NCBI GenBank assembly: GCA_965209155.1
Contig: OZ242383.1
Location: 4,103,403 to 4,167,402 of the forward strand
DNA from: a bacterium
GTDB lineage: Bacteria > SAR324 > NAC60-12
Length of the DNA stretch: 64,000 nucleotides
Direction: 5' to 3'
Each line of letters opens with the position of its first letter. The first letter of the stretch is position 1. The position numbers were made by a program, and so were the translations under genes. The notes below the pieces were generated by a model. It did not search any database. It saw nothing but the letters and a program-made list of their open reading frames with translations, and was not told the origin of the DNA. Shown one piece after another: positions 11,401 to 20,755 of this stretch.

Positions 11401-11723
11401 AACACCACCGCTCGTGGGAGAATCTGGTAAATACTGTTGTCGGTCGCCGTCACCAGACGTGTGCCATAGTCGCTACGAATCTCACCAGAAAATGGCGTTT
11501 TTCTCAGTTCCTGCAAAAAGTCCCTATAGACTTTGCCCGCTTGATCATGTTCCGCAGTTTCGAGAGGATTTTCGTCCGATCGATCGACCATTGACGTGAG
11601 AGGGGTTCCATCCGGTCGATCAAAGGATATCGTGGCAGGATGCAATCGTGGGATCATGAGACCCCACTTTCCCAAAGGCGATTCTAAATCTCGCCGGCTA
11701 TATTCTTGTGAATTTTTTATCAA
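8442..11723 (-). CDS. FAD-linked/Fe-S oxidoreductase, YdiJ-like (true start probably downstream)
   Basis: RGGGTGTNGQ FAD motif, GHVDVGCLH, AEHG, CNGNGIC and CLACKAC..CP clusters, C-terminal CCG domain. Confidence 0.88.
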   Translation of the reverse strand: MIKNSQEYSRRDLESPLGKWGLMIPRLHPATISFDRPDGTPLTSMVDRSDENPLETAEHDQAGKVYRDFLQELRKTPFSGEIRSDYGTRLVTATDNSIYQILPRAVVFPRSAEDISQLFNLAQEARFHGLHFTARGGGTGTNGQALSPGIIIDCSKHMNRILEVDLQERWVRVQPGVVLDQLNDHLEQFGVFFAPNLSPSNRATLGGMISTDACGKGSRIYGRTSNHILELSFVFEDGTLWQTREIGLERLSELKKQDNIVGRVHRVVDSIVTEKAEQIEKQFPKMSRFLTGYNLAGVYSGNGKRFNLNNLLAGSEGTLVTLSEARLKLMPIPKYKHLLVIKYESFHDALRAARSLLDYEPAAIETIDEKILELAKGDAIYHHVRNFIADEEWAVTRSINLVEFSGNDVGELERRVNDLCQTISPSLQGRWKSSGKATGYYATRDAEEMKHLWDLRKKGAGLLGNTQGNRRPLPFVEDTAVPPENLAAYIAEFTALLDKHGLEYGMYGHVDVGCLHVRPALDLKELEDEALVRSLSDQVVKLVRKYGGIMWAEHGQGFRSEYSPLFFGKELYQDLRRIKEAFDPGNRLNPGKIVTPYSLPERVLPLESPLRGHFDRQIPQSLRSEYDAALHCNGNGICFNYDPHHVMCPSSKVTRDRIHSPKGRAGMMREWLRLLSHVRKNSGDRVHGVVESKDSIKKIDEVTHFFRRLRNTLALRRGEYDFSQEVYEAMAGCLACKACAVQCPIHVDVPQFRSRFLELYHSRYLRPLRDHMVAGIEWLTPLQAHAARWNNELMRWYPVRMVLEKVIGLCDVPRIDPTPLNKGLRQRHAPPFDYAKLARLTAGEKERSVILMQDVFTTYYEPSLVLDIYDLLRMLGFVVYVLPFRANGKPLHFKGFLPQFLKLAKKNSAYLEKLTRLGIAIIGIEPSMVLTYRDEYPKILDQEKTIYRVQLLQEWLTSQIPRFRELFPRPRKSHPAGGASTYRLFGHCHETTAEFDSQKQWQRIYHAFGLQLEIPPLGCCGMCGTFGHEVEHYAESKGIYRMSWGKYIPADEESRRFSLVTGYSCRTQVKRFDDFKPLHPAQALFQELRQRKN

Positions 11724-11732
11724 AACGTGACC

Positions 11733-13169
11733 TCAACGTCGCAGGGCATGAAATTTTTCCACCCACTTGAGCAGGGTGTTGGGAACATGGGCTTTTTTCC
11801 ACTCGCTGGCCGCATATTTCGCGGCTTCGGAGAAGGTGGGATAGGGATGAATGGTTGCCAATATCTTATTCAAACCCAATCCATGCTTCATGGCCAGGAT
11901 GAATTCCGCCAGCAAATCCCCCGCGTGGGAACCACAAATCGTCGCCCCCAGGATGCGATCTTTTCCGGGAGGGGTGATCACCTTGACCATTCCCCGGTCT
12001 TCCCGGTCCGTGATAGCCCGGTCCAGGTCGTCCAGACCGTAACGTGTTACTTCGTGCGGGATTTTTCTTTCCCTGGCTTCACCTTCACTCAATCCGACCC
12101 GCGCCACCTCGGGATCCGTATACGTACACCAGGGTACAACGGAATAGTCCACTTTGAATTTCTTGAAGGGATGCAACAGGGCATTGATCGCGCAATACCA
12201 TGCCTGGTGACCGGCCATGTGGGTGAACTGGTAAGGTCCTGCCACGTCGCCACATGCGTAAATATTGGATATGTTGCTGCGTAAATATGAATCCACTCGA
12301 ATGGTCCCGTTCGGATTCAGTTCGACACCCAATTCTTCCAGGCCAAAACCGGCCGTATTGGCCCTGCGACCCGTGGCTACGAGCACCCGGTCGAAGGACA
12401 AACTGGCTTCCCTGCCATCTCTCTGGTAGACCGCCCGGGCCTGCTGCGCCTCTTTTTCAAAGCGGATCAATTGCACTTCCGTCAACACCTCGACCTCATC
12501 TTTTTTGAAAGCATCCTGTACGAATCGGACAACGTCGGGATCTTCCCTGGGCAAGATTGTGGATTGAGATTGCATGACCGTAACCTGGGATCCCAGTCGA
12601 CTGAAAGCCTGGGCCAGTTCGCAACCGATGGGACCTCCTCCCACCACCAAGAGGCGTTTCGGCTGTTCCCGGATTTCCCACAAATTGTCGGAGTGTAAAT
12701 AATCCAGGTTTTCAACTCCCGGTACCGGAGGAATGAAAGGTCGGGCTCCGGTTGCCACTACGATGTTTCGGGTCGTCAATCTCCGTTCCCCCACCTGCAC
12801 TTCATGAGGAGAAAGAATACTGGCTTCTCCCTGGAAACAATCCACCCCCAATGAAGTATAGCGCTCCACGCTGTCGTGGGGCTCGATTTTACGGATGATG
12901 TCTTGAATGCGTTCCATCACCTGGGCGAAATTGACCTGGTATTTCACGTCTTTCAGACCGTATTCCGCATGTTGCTTCAAGGTCTTGGCAACCCGGGCGC
13001 TTTTGATCAAAGATTTACTGGGGACGCACCCGGTGTTCAGGCAATCTCCCCCCATCTTGTGCCTCTCGATCAATGCCACTTTGGCTTTGGTCACTGCCCC
13101 GATCAACGAGGTGACCAGTCCTGCAGACCCGGCTCCAATGACAATCATGTTGTAATCATATTTCCCCAC
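11733..13169 (-). CDS. Pyridine nucleotide-disulfide oxidoreductase (mercuric reductase/dihydrolipoamide dehydrogenase-like)
   Basis: GAGSAG, GGDCLNTGCVPSK redox disulfide, GGGPIG, HPYPT. Confidence 0.9.
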   Translation of the reverse strand: MGKYDYNMIVIGAGSAGLVTSLIGAVTKAKVALIERHKMGGDCLNTGCVPSKSLIKSARVAKTLKQHAEYGLKDVKYQVNFAQVMERIQDIIRKIEPHDSVERYTSLGVDCFQGEASILSPHEVQVGERRLTTRNIVVATGARPFIPPVPGVENLDYLHSDNLWEIREQPKRLLVVGGGPIGCELAQAFSRLGSQVTVMQSQSTILPREDPDVVRFVQDAFKKDEVEVLTEVQLIRFEKEAQQARAVYQRDGREASLSFDRVLVATGRRANTAGFGLEELGVELNPNGTIRVDSYLRSNISNIYACGDVAGPYQFTHMAGHQAWYCAINALLHPFKKFKVDYSVVPWCTYTDPEVARVGLSEGEARERKIPHEVTRYGLDDLDRAITDREDRGMVKVITPPGKDRILGATICGSHAGDLLAEFILAMKHGLGLNKILATIHPYPTFSEAAKYAASEWKKAHVPNTLLKWVEKFHALRR

Positions 13170-13267
13170 TTCGACCTCTAACGAAAAAAATTATTGAATC
13201 AATCGATCAATGTGTTATAAAGGTAGTTTGTCTGATACTGAATAATAACCTGTACTCAAAAAAAATT

Positions 13268-13486
13268 ATGCCCGTTGTTGTCCAAGTCAGAGATGGAAAT
13301 GTAGGAAAGTCTCTGATGCAACTCAAGCGTACCCTGATCAAGGAAGGATTGTTCAAGGAACTCAAAAAACGCAAATTTTACGTCAAGCCGTCCTTAGCCA
13401 GAAAATTGAAGCGCGAAGCAGCAGAAAAGCAACGCAACAAGGATTTGAAACGAGAAATTCGCGCTGCTTTGAAGGCGGACTTTTAA
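13268..13486 (+). CDS. rpsU: 30S ribosomal protein S21
   Basis: 72 aa, basic, ELKKRKFYVKPS motif. Confidence 0.85.
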   Translation: MPVVVQVRDGNVGKSLMQLKRTLIKEGLFKELKKRKFYVKPSLARKLKREAAEKQRNKDLKREIRAALKADF

Positions 13487-14010
13487 CTATAAATCGTGTT
13501 TTCGTCGAGAGGACGCTCTTTTAAGAAGTAGCAAAACGCCGACTTCCCGAAGAGCGTTTCGCATAGAAAATCAGAGCAAGGGAGAATGGGTACTTTGACC
13601 CATTTCTCTAATGATCGTTGCCCTTTACCTTTGCGCAAGATAAAATTTCAATTACGTCGACCTAAAGGGCGTTGATTTTATCCAACACTTCATTTTCCTC
13701 AGGAAAGCGTCCGGACTGTTTTTTGGAAAAAATCAGGTTTTCGTCCACTTTTACTTCAAATACGCCTCCATTGGAACTAACGAGATTTGCTTCCACTCCG
13801 AATTTTTCTTTCAATTCTGCAGCCAAACTGGATGCACGGGGTAAATAGTTTCAAGAACTGCAATATTCGATTTCAATTTTCATGCCTTCTCCTTTGTCCA
13901 AAGTTGTTTGCAAAAAGGGATGGGGTTACCCCCAAAAACAAGATTCACGGATCGGATGAACCGGGATATCTTCCAGTCTTCAGGTACTTTATTATATCGA
14001 ATTCAAATAA

Positions 14011-15378
14011 ATGTCGAAATCTTTTCCTATCTATGAATCCCATTGTCCCATTCATGGGATAATCGGATTCAACGAAAAAGAACGACGGATAATCGATCAT
14101 CCCTACTTCCAACGGTTGCGTCACATTTCTCAATTGGGGTTTGCCAATTTTGTTTATACGGGTGCCACGCATTCCCGTTTTGCGCATTCGCTGGGCGTGA
14201 TGCACCTGGCAGGGAGAATTTTTGACCGGATCGTTGCAGTAGAGCATACCTGGCTTGCCGGGTTATTCAATGAGGAGGATTGGTCCTATTTACGACAACT
14301 GGTGCGGCTGGCGGCGTTGTTACATGACGTGGGACACGCTCCATTTTCCCATTCTTCCGAGTCAACGCTCCCTCCTAAAAGCGCGCTCGAATTGCCTGTT
14401 GAATGGTATCAATCGATTTGCAGTGAAAACCAAGCCAGCCATGAAGATTTTTCGGTGGCAATCATTTATGCCATGGCCCGCGAATCCAAACCTCTCTTCT
14501 CCCTGGAGGAAGCCCGGGACATTTGTTCCTTGATTGACGCTAATATTTCGGTTTCCCCGGCATTTCTGCAACGTGGCAAAACCACTGCGGATCATTCACA
14601 AAATCGACAAGCCGCAAACATTCACCCACTGCTCAAGCAAATCATCAGCGGGGAAATCGATGCGGATCGCATGGATTATCTTTTACGTGACTCTTATTAT
14701 ACGGGTGTGAGTTACGGCAAGTTCGACCTGGACCACCTGGTGCGTTCATTGTCCTGCGTCCGGACTGAAGCAGGTATCGTTTTGGTTTTGAATTACAATG
14801 CCCTGCATGCTTTCGAAGATTTCCTGATGGCCCGTTTGCACATGTTCATGCAGGTTTATCTTCACAAGACCCTGCTGCCCTTCGATTATTATCTATCCCG
14901 GGCCCTGCAGGAAAAAGAAATAGATTTCAGCATCACCGGAGCATTGGATAATTTCTTGAAAGCGCGCGAAGATCACATTCTTGCGGCGCTACACGAAGCG
15001 CAGCATCGAAAATGGTCTTCTCGCATCGTATTTCGAAAACCGGCCAAACGTTTGTTTCAGTTTGAGCATTACCATCCACCTGAACTGAAGCAACAAGTGA
15101 TGGAACGGTTACGACAGGAAGATATAGAAAACTTGTTCCTCCGCTCCTCTCCCTATCTTTCCTTGCTCTCCCCTCGAGAGCAATCGAAACAGCAACCTTT
15201 GCTACTGAAAAACAACGTCTTGGGAAAACCGCAGTATCTTCCTGTTCACAAAGCATCGCTCCTGCTGGAGCAATACCATCGTACGGCTGATTTGCAATAT
15301 CTTTATTGCGAAGTGGAAGACTATCCAAGAGCTTGTGAAGTGCTGGTGCCGCTATTGTTGGATAAAGAATTCATTTGA
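14011..15378 (+). CDS. HD-domain phosphohydrolase (SAMHD1/dNTPase-like)
   Basis: FQRLRHISQLG, HSRFAHSLG, LLHDVGH, DADRMDY. Confidence 0.9.
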   Translation: MSKSFPIYESHCPIHGIIGFNEKERRIIDHPYFQRLRHISQLGFANFVYTGATHSRFAHSLGVMHLAGRIFDRIVAVEHTWLAGLFNEEDWSYLRQLVRLAALLHDVGHAPFSHSSESTLPPKSALELPVEWYQSICSENQASHEDFSVAIIYAMARESKPLFSLEEARDICSLIDANISVSPAFLQRGKTTADHSQNRQAANIHPLLKQIISGEIDADRMDYLLRDSYYTGVSYGKFDLDHLVRSLSCVRTEAGIVLVLNYNALHAFEDFLMARLHMFMQVYLHKTLLPFDYYLSRALQEKEIDFSITGALDNFLKAREDHILAALHEAQHRKWSSRIVFRKPAKRLFQFEHYHPPELKQQVMERLRQEDIENLFLRSSPYLSLLSPREQSKQQPLLLKNNVLGKPQYLPVHKASLLLEQYHRTADLQYLYCEVEDYPRACEVLVPLLLDKEFI

Positions 15379-16250
15379 CATGTATCATGGAGATTCAAAC
15401 TCCTGCAAAAATCAACACGCAGCTCCACATTTTAAGAAAACGCGAGGATGGCTATCACGAATTGCTGACCCACCTCGTACCAATCGCCCTGTACGACACC
15501 ATCACCCTCAGTACGAATAAAAATCAAGGTATCCGACTCCAACTCGATGGTCTGGATTGTGGGGATGAAAAGGACAACCTGATCATCAAGGCAGCCCGAG
15601 CATTTGAAGTCCGGACCGGTCTTGAAATTCATAGGGATTTTCATCTTTTCAAACGAATTCCCGCAGGAGCGGGATTGGGAGGTGGCAGCGGAAACGCAGC
15701 GGGCGTATTGCATGCCCTGAACACCCTCCACCATCATCCTCTGAAAATGCGGGAATTGAAAAAAATCGCGATGACCCTGGGTTCGGACGTACCTTTCTTT
15801 ATGGATCCCCGACCCTGTGAAGCACAAGGGAGAGGCGAACAATTGCGTCCTTTACCAGGATATCCTTCCTTTTTTTTGCTTCTCATCAAACCTCCCTTTG
15901 CCATTTCAACCGCGGAGGCTTACCGTCGTTGCCATCCCTCACCATCACTGGAAAGGATGCGGTCGCATCAAAGCAATACTATTGATTCTATTGAACGGCT
16001 CACGAATACTCTATACAATCGTTTTGAAAAAACGCTTTTTATTGATTTCCCCGAGTTGGCAGTCATCAAACAGAAACTCCTGCGGTATGGTGCAGTTGCT
16101 GCATTGGTAAGTGGGAGTGGTTCTACCGTTTTTGGAGTTTTTTCAGAAGAAGCCCACCTGAAGCGTGCCCGTCAACGAATTGCCCGGGAACGATTGGGAG
16201 ACGTGCTCTGTTCCAGAACTCTGAAGCACCACCGGTATTTTTCTCTTTGA
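15375..16250 (+). CDS. ispE: CDP-ME kinase
   Basis: PAKIN, IPAGAGLGGGSGNAA, LGSDVPFF, SGSGSTV. Confidence 0.93.
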   Translation: MTCIMEIQTPAKINTQLHILRKREDGYHELLTHLVPIALYDTITLSTNKNQGIRLQLDGLDCGDEKDNLIIKAARAFEVRTGLEIHRDFHLFKRIPAGAGLGGGSGNAAGVLHALNTLHHHPLKMRELKKIAMTLGSDVPFFMDPRPCEAQGRGEQLRPLPGYPSFFLLLIKPPFAISTAEAYRRCHPSPSLERMRSHQSNTIDSIERLTNTLYNRFEKTLFIDFPELAVIKQKLLRYGAVAALVSGSGSTVFGVFSEEAHLKRARQRIARERLGDVLCSRTLKHHRYFSL

Positions 16251-16289
16251 ATCAATTATTGCTTTTCACCCAATAAAGTATACGGAACC

Positions 16290-16967
16290 ATGTATCTACA
16301 GCAGAATCGATTGGTAGGTCTTCCGCTTTCAAAAATCCTTTGGATTTCATTTTTCATTATTCTTTCCTTGGGCCTGGAAGCATGTCGCTCCACAAGCCCC
16401 CGCACTACCAAACAGACTGTCTGGACTCAAAAAAATGCGCGAATCAATAAATTTTTGAAAATCTATGGGGGTAAATCAAACCCGACGGTCATGCTCTCTT
16501 TGAAACGGGCAAAGCCTTACTTGCCTTATATTCATAAGGAATTGAAAAAAAGGAATCTCCCACCGGAGTTGGCATTTTTGCCAATGCTGGAATCCGCATT
16601 CGACCCAAGAGCCAAATCGCACACGGGTGCGACGGGGATGTGGCAATTTACCAAGGCCACGGCCAAGGATTATGGATTGCGAGTGGGGTGGTTCAGGGAT
16701 GAACGGCTGAATTGGAAAAAATCGACCCGAGCGGCCCTGACCTACCTGGACTGGTTGAGAAAAAAATTCAATAACGACTGGGAATTGGCGTTGGCGGCCT
16801 ACAACGGAGGACCAGGCTATATCGAACGATCCATGAAAAAACAAGGGACTGGAAATTATTGGAAATTAAAATTGCGGAAAGAAACTTATGAGTATGTTCC
16901 CAAATTAATTGCCATGCTTCAAGTGGCCCGCAAGAAGTACCCCCATCTTTATAAACTGGATACTTGA
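16290..16967 (+). CDS. Lytic transglycosylase (SLT/MltD-like), probable lipoprotein
   Basis: LESAF catalytic Glu, GMWQF, AAYNGG, ETYEYV. Confidence 0.9.
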   Translation: MYLQQNRLVGLPLSKILWISFFIILSLGLEACRSTSPRTTKQTVWTQKNARINKFLKIYGGKSNPTVMLSLKRAKPYLPYIHKELKKRNLPPELAFLPMLESAFDPRAKSHTGATGMWQFTKATAKDYGLRVGWFRDERLNWKKSTRAALTYLDWLRKKFNNDWELALAAYNGGPGYIERSMKKQGTGNYWKLKLRKETYEYVPKLIAMLQVARKKYPHLYKLDT

Positions 16968-16988
16968 AAAGTCCGGTCAACGCCTTCG

Positions 16989-17459
16989 TCATACGGAAGG
17001 AATCTTTTTAAGGAGGTTCACCATTTCAATGGCGCTGAGCGTGGCCTCTGCGCCTTTGTTGCCGGATTTGGATCCCGCTCGTTCAATCGCCTGTTCTATT
17101 GAATCGGTGGTAAGCACGCCAAATGCAATGGGAACCTGATTCTGCAATGCCAGGGAGGCGATTCCCTTTGCCGATTCGGAACAAATATAATCAAAATGAG
17201 GGGTGGCCCCACGGATCACAGCGCCCAAACACACAATCGCGTCATAGTGGTTGGCCTGAGCGAGTTTCTGGGCCGCCAATGGAATTTCAAAGGCGCCGGG
17301 CACTTTGACTACCGTGACCTGGGCCTCATTGCCGCCATGCTGGTAAAAGCAATCCAAGGCTCCACGCAATAAATTTTCGGTGATCACTCCATTGAATCTC
17401 GACACCACGAATGCCATCTTTAACTCATTGGCGATCAATGCGCCTTCAATGTTCTTCAT
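16989..17459 (-). CDS. ribH: Lumazine synthase
   Basis: [26 protein letters not shown]. Confidence 0.97.
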   Translation of the reverse strand: MKNIEGALIANELKMAFVVSRFNGVITENLLRGALDCFYQHGGNEAQVTVVKVPGAFEIPLAAQKLAQANHYDAIVCLGAVIRGATPHFDYICSESAKGIASLALQNQVPIAFGVLTTDSIEQAIERAGSKSGNKGAEATLSAIEMVNLLKKIPSV

Positions 17460-17532
17460 TTGAATCTCTCCCGGAAAAATACGGACTGTTCACCAACTTG
17501 CCGATTGTCTCCGACAACTGAATGACGAATAA

Positions 17533-17886
17533 TCAAAAACTCACGCTTTTCTGTTTCTCTGAATGACAGAGTGCGCAGGTACAAATTTCTCTCAAGAATT
17601 TAAAAGAGTATAATCCGGTATTGTGTCCGTCACTCCAGTTGATCCGTAAAGCATAATTGCCGATGTATTCGGACTGCCGAATACGAATATCGGAGGGAAT
17701 GTCAGTCGTCCTCAATGTCTTTTCTCCCGTCATTTCATCCACGCAACTGGCGCATGGACACATGTCACGCAACCTGAAAAACGGGTAACGACTCTCGTGC
17801 CCGTCTCTCCAGAGAATGTATAAATCATTTTGAACCAGAATTGTTTCAGGCTTTCGACGTTTGATGGGATTCGACATTCGATTCAA
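17533..17886 (-). CDS. DUF971 / GBBH-N-like small protein
   Basis: LRDMCPCASC, GNYAL...WSDGHNTGLYS. Confidence 0.85.
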   Translation of the reverse strand: MNRMSNPIKRRKPETILVQNDLYILWRDGHESRYPFFRLRDMCPCASCVDEMTGEKTLRTTDIPSDIRIRQSEYIGNYALRINWSDGHNTGLYSFKFLREICTCALCHSEKQKSVSF

Positions 17887-18113
17887 AAAATGACGATGCG
17901 ATTGTATCTAAAACATTTTGTAAAGTCTCTCACAAAACCACACACCTGAAAAGAAAAAAAAGAGTATATACCCAGTCGCATTTCCAGATTGAGAGGACCG
18001 AGGTGAATGAGTTTTGACAAATTCTGGTATTCAAGGTATAGCATGTTCTCGAGAACAGAAGAATCAACGCATTATCGACTGACCTCAGAAGTTTTGACCA
18101 AATAGCGAAAGCA

Positions 18114-18728
18114 GTGATGACTCCCAAGGAACGATTGTGTCAGCGTTGGAAGCGATCCCGCATCGTCACCAGTGAAAGGGTTCTGTCCGCTTTCATGCAA
18201 GTGGCTCGTGAAAATTTCGTACAAGCGGATTCCATCGAGTTGGCTTACCAGGACCATCCCCTTCCCATTGGATATGAGCAAACCATTTCACAGCCTATGA
18301 CCGTACTGGTGATGATACAACTGCTGGAAGTCGAAAAAAATCACAAAGTTTTGGAAATTGGTGCAGGAAGCGGGTATAATGCAGCCATCCTTTCCGTACT
18401 GGGACAATACGTCTATTCCCTGGAAATGATTCCTCAATTGGTGGCCTTTGCCAAACAGAATATTTCCCGCAGCGACATTAAAAATGTCGAAGTCCTGCAA
18501 CATGACGGCAAACATGGATACGTCGTTGCCGCTCCTTTTGATCGTATCATTGTGACTGCGGCTGCATCCACAATTCCTGAAAAATTGCTGGAACAATTGG
18601 CGGACAACGGCATTTTGGTCATTCCAGTGGGCGATCCCTATGGATGTGAAATGCTCAAAATCCGTAAACAGGGCCTGGAATTCAAAACCAGCAAACATGG
18701 TTTGTTTTCTTTTGTTCCTTTAGTTTGA
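18114..18728 (+). CDS. pcm: Protein-L-isoaspartate O-methyltransferase
   Basis: QTISQP, VLEIGAGSGY, PFDRIIVTAA. Confidence 0.95.
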   Translation: MMTPKERLCQRWKRSRIVTSERVLSAFMQVARENFVQADSIELAYQDHPLPIGYEQTISQPMTVLVMIQLLEVEKNHKVLEIGAGSGYNAAILSVLGQYVYSLEMIPQLVAFAKQNISRSDIKNVEVLQHDGKHGYVVAAPFDRIIVTAAASTIPEKLLEQLADNGILVIPVGDPYGCEMLKIRKQGLEFKTSKHGLFSFVPLV

Positions 18729-18759
18729 AACATATTTATCAATCTCATTTTCAATTGTC

Positions 18760-19758
18760 GTGATGAAAGGCGTTATTCTCGCAGCAGGCTATGCGACTCG
18801 TTTCCTTCCAGCTTCCAAAACCATCCCCAAAGAAATGTTTCCACTGGTGGACATCCCGGTGATCGATTTCATTGTGCGGGAAATGGTCACCTCCGGAATT
18901 CGGGATATTTTAGTGGTTTCCTCCCGGAGGAAAAAAACCCTGGAAGACTATTTTGACCGGGAAGTCGAATTGGCTACCAGTTTTGCCCAATCGAATGAAC
19001 TGGAAAAGCTGGAGCGGATTCAACCCATTGACGTCAATATATTTACGATGCGCCAACAATACATGTTGGGAACCGGAAACGCTCTCATGCTGGTAGAACC
19101 CTTCGTTGCGAACGAGCCTTTTGTGGTGGCTTACCCGGACGACATTATTTTTGATACTCCACCTTTATCCAGGCAACTGATCGATGCTTACCACAAAACC
19201 GGAGACACGATCCTGGCAGTGCAGGAAGTCAGCGCTCACGACCTTTCTCGATACGGTGTCATTGAACCGGAAGGGAGTGGTTCTTTGCTCAAGGTACGTC
19301 AAATGGTGGAAAAACCCATAGCGGGAACCGAACCCAGCCACTTTGTTTCCTATGGACGATACCTGTACACTCCCGAAATTTTCGACGTCCTCCGAGAAAC
19401 CGGGAGAAACCACTACCAAAAAGAAGGTTTTCCACTCGATCGAGAACACGATACTTCGCGAAAATCCCAATCCGACCCACCAAACACCACTGTGAAAGAG
19501 TTCACCCAAACCGACGCCTTGAATGCGCTTGCCAGAAAAGGTCGGGTGTCCGCAGTTCACTTTCGAGGAGAGCGTTTTGACGTGGGGGAGCCCTTGGGTT
19601 ACGTACAAACTGCAATCAAACTGGCTTTGCGACGTCAGGAGTTTCGTCAACCCCTGTTAGTCTTTCTCAGGCAAGTGCTCAGGGATGAAGAGACAGTCGA
19701 GCAATGTGACAAAGAAATGACGCAGTCGGAATCTCGGGAGGCGACCCGTGAGAAATAA
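18760..19758 (+). CDS. galU: UTP-glucose-1-phosphate uridylyltransferase
   Basis: LAAGYATRFLPASKTIPKEM, VEKP. Confidence 0.85.
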   Translation: MMKGVILAAGYATRFLPASKTIPKEMFPLVDIPVIDFIVREMVTSGIRDILVVSSRRKKTLEDYFDREVELATSFAQSNELEKLERIQPIDVNIFTMRQQYMLGTGNALMLVEPFVANEPFVVAYPDDIIFDTPPLSRQLIDAYHKTGDTILAVQEVSAHDLSRYGVIEPEGSGSLLKVRQMVEKPIAGTEPSHFVSYGRYLYTPEIFDVLRETGRNHYQKEGFPLDREHDTSRKSQSDPPNTTVKEFTQTDALNALARKGRVSAVHFRGERFDVGEPLGYVQTAIKLALRRQEFRQPLLVFLRQVLRDEETVEQCDKEMTQSESREATREK

Positions 19759-20755
19759 GCCGGACGTGACGCATACCGAGTTGACATTCCAGTACATGCG
19801 GATCAATCAGCAAGCGGAAACCCTGCTTGGGTTCCTGTTGCGAAAGTTTCGTTACCACGACCGGGAGGAATGGCTCGATCACATCAACGCGGGAAGGTTG
19901 TTGGTCAACCAGAACCAGGGTGATCCCACCCAGTTGCTGAAGAGTGGCCAAATCGTCCGCTATCTCCGTCCGGACTACCTGGAACCCCCGGTGGATCCTT
20001 CTTTCGATGTAATTTATGAGGACGACTACCTGATTGCCGTCAACAAGTCGGGGAACCTGCCTACCAGTCCCTCGGGCAAGTATTTTAAAAACACGCTGGT
20101 ACATCTCCTTAAAGAATGGTTGGGATGGCAGAATTTGTACACCCTGCACCGTTTGGACCGGGAAACCAGTGGTGTTTTATTATTTGCCCGTCAAAAAGAG
20201 ATTGCGCAGCGTATGGCCGCTCAATTCCGGGAAAATGAAATAAAAAAAACTTATATTGCCATATTGAGCCGTCCTTTGCCTTCGTCCCACGTTTTCGTTT
20301 CTTTGCCAATTGCACGCGATCCAAACAGTATCATTCGTATCAAACAAGGTGTGGTGCCTTCAGGCAAACGCAGTCAAACCCATTTCCGGGAATTGGAACG
20401 GTCGTTTCGTAGAGGCGCGGCGGAGACAAAAACTGGGAACTACTCAAAAGTGGAAGTGGTTCCCGTGACCGGACGGACCCACCAAATTCGAACGCATGCC
20501 GCCTACCTGGAATGTCCAGTTGCCGGTGATAAACTGTATGGTCTTCAAAATGACGGGTTTGCGCATTGGTTGAAACAGGGAGAAGCATATCTCCGCGAAC
20601 AGCATTTTCCTCTCCATCGCCAGCTATTGCACGCGTCTCGTCTGCAATTCAATCATCCAGTGACTGAAAAAAGAATCAGCCTAGAAGCATCGGACCACTC
20701 CTTGCTGGCGGATTGTTTTTCCGATTCTTCCCACCTTCCCGGACAAGAGAAATGA
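19748..20755 (+). CDS. RluA-family pseudouridine synthase
   Basis: HRLDRETSG, GRTHQIR, LHA. Confidence 0.93.
   Translation: MRNKPDVTHTELTFQYMRINQQAETLLGFLLRKFRYHDREEWLDHINAGRLLVNQNQGDPTQLLKSGQIVRYLRPDYLEPPVDPSFDVIYEDDYLIAVNKSGNLPTSPSGKYFKNTLVHLLKEWLGWQNLYTLHRLDRETSGVLLFARQKEIAQRMAAQFRENEIKKTYIAILSRPLPSSHVFVSLPIARDPNSIIRIKQGVVPSGKRSQTHFRELERSFRRGAAETKTGNYSKVEVVPVTGRTHQIRTHAAYLECPVAGDKLYGLQNDGFAHWLKQGEAYLREQHFPLHRQLLHASRLQFNHPVTEKRISLEASDHSLLADCFSDSSHLPGQEK

Noticed and set aside
11733-13169. True mercuric reductase MerA
   Set aside because: No C-terminal Cys-Cys pair, no N-terminal metal-binding domain and no mer operon.
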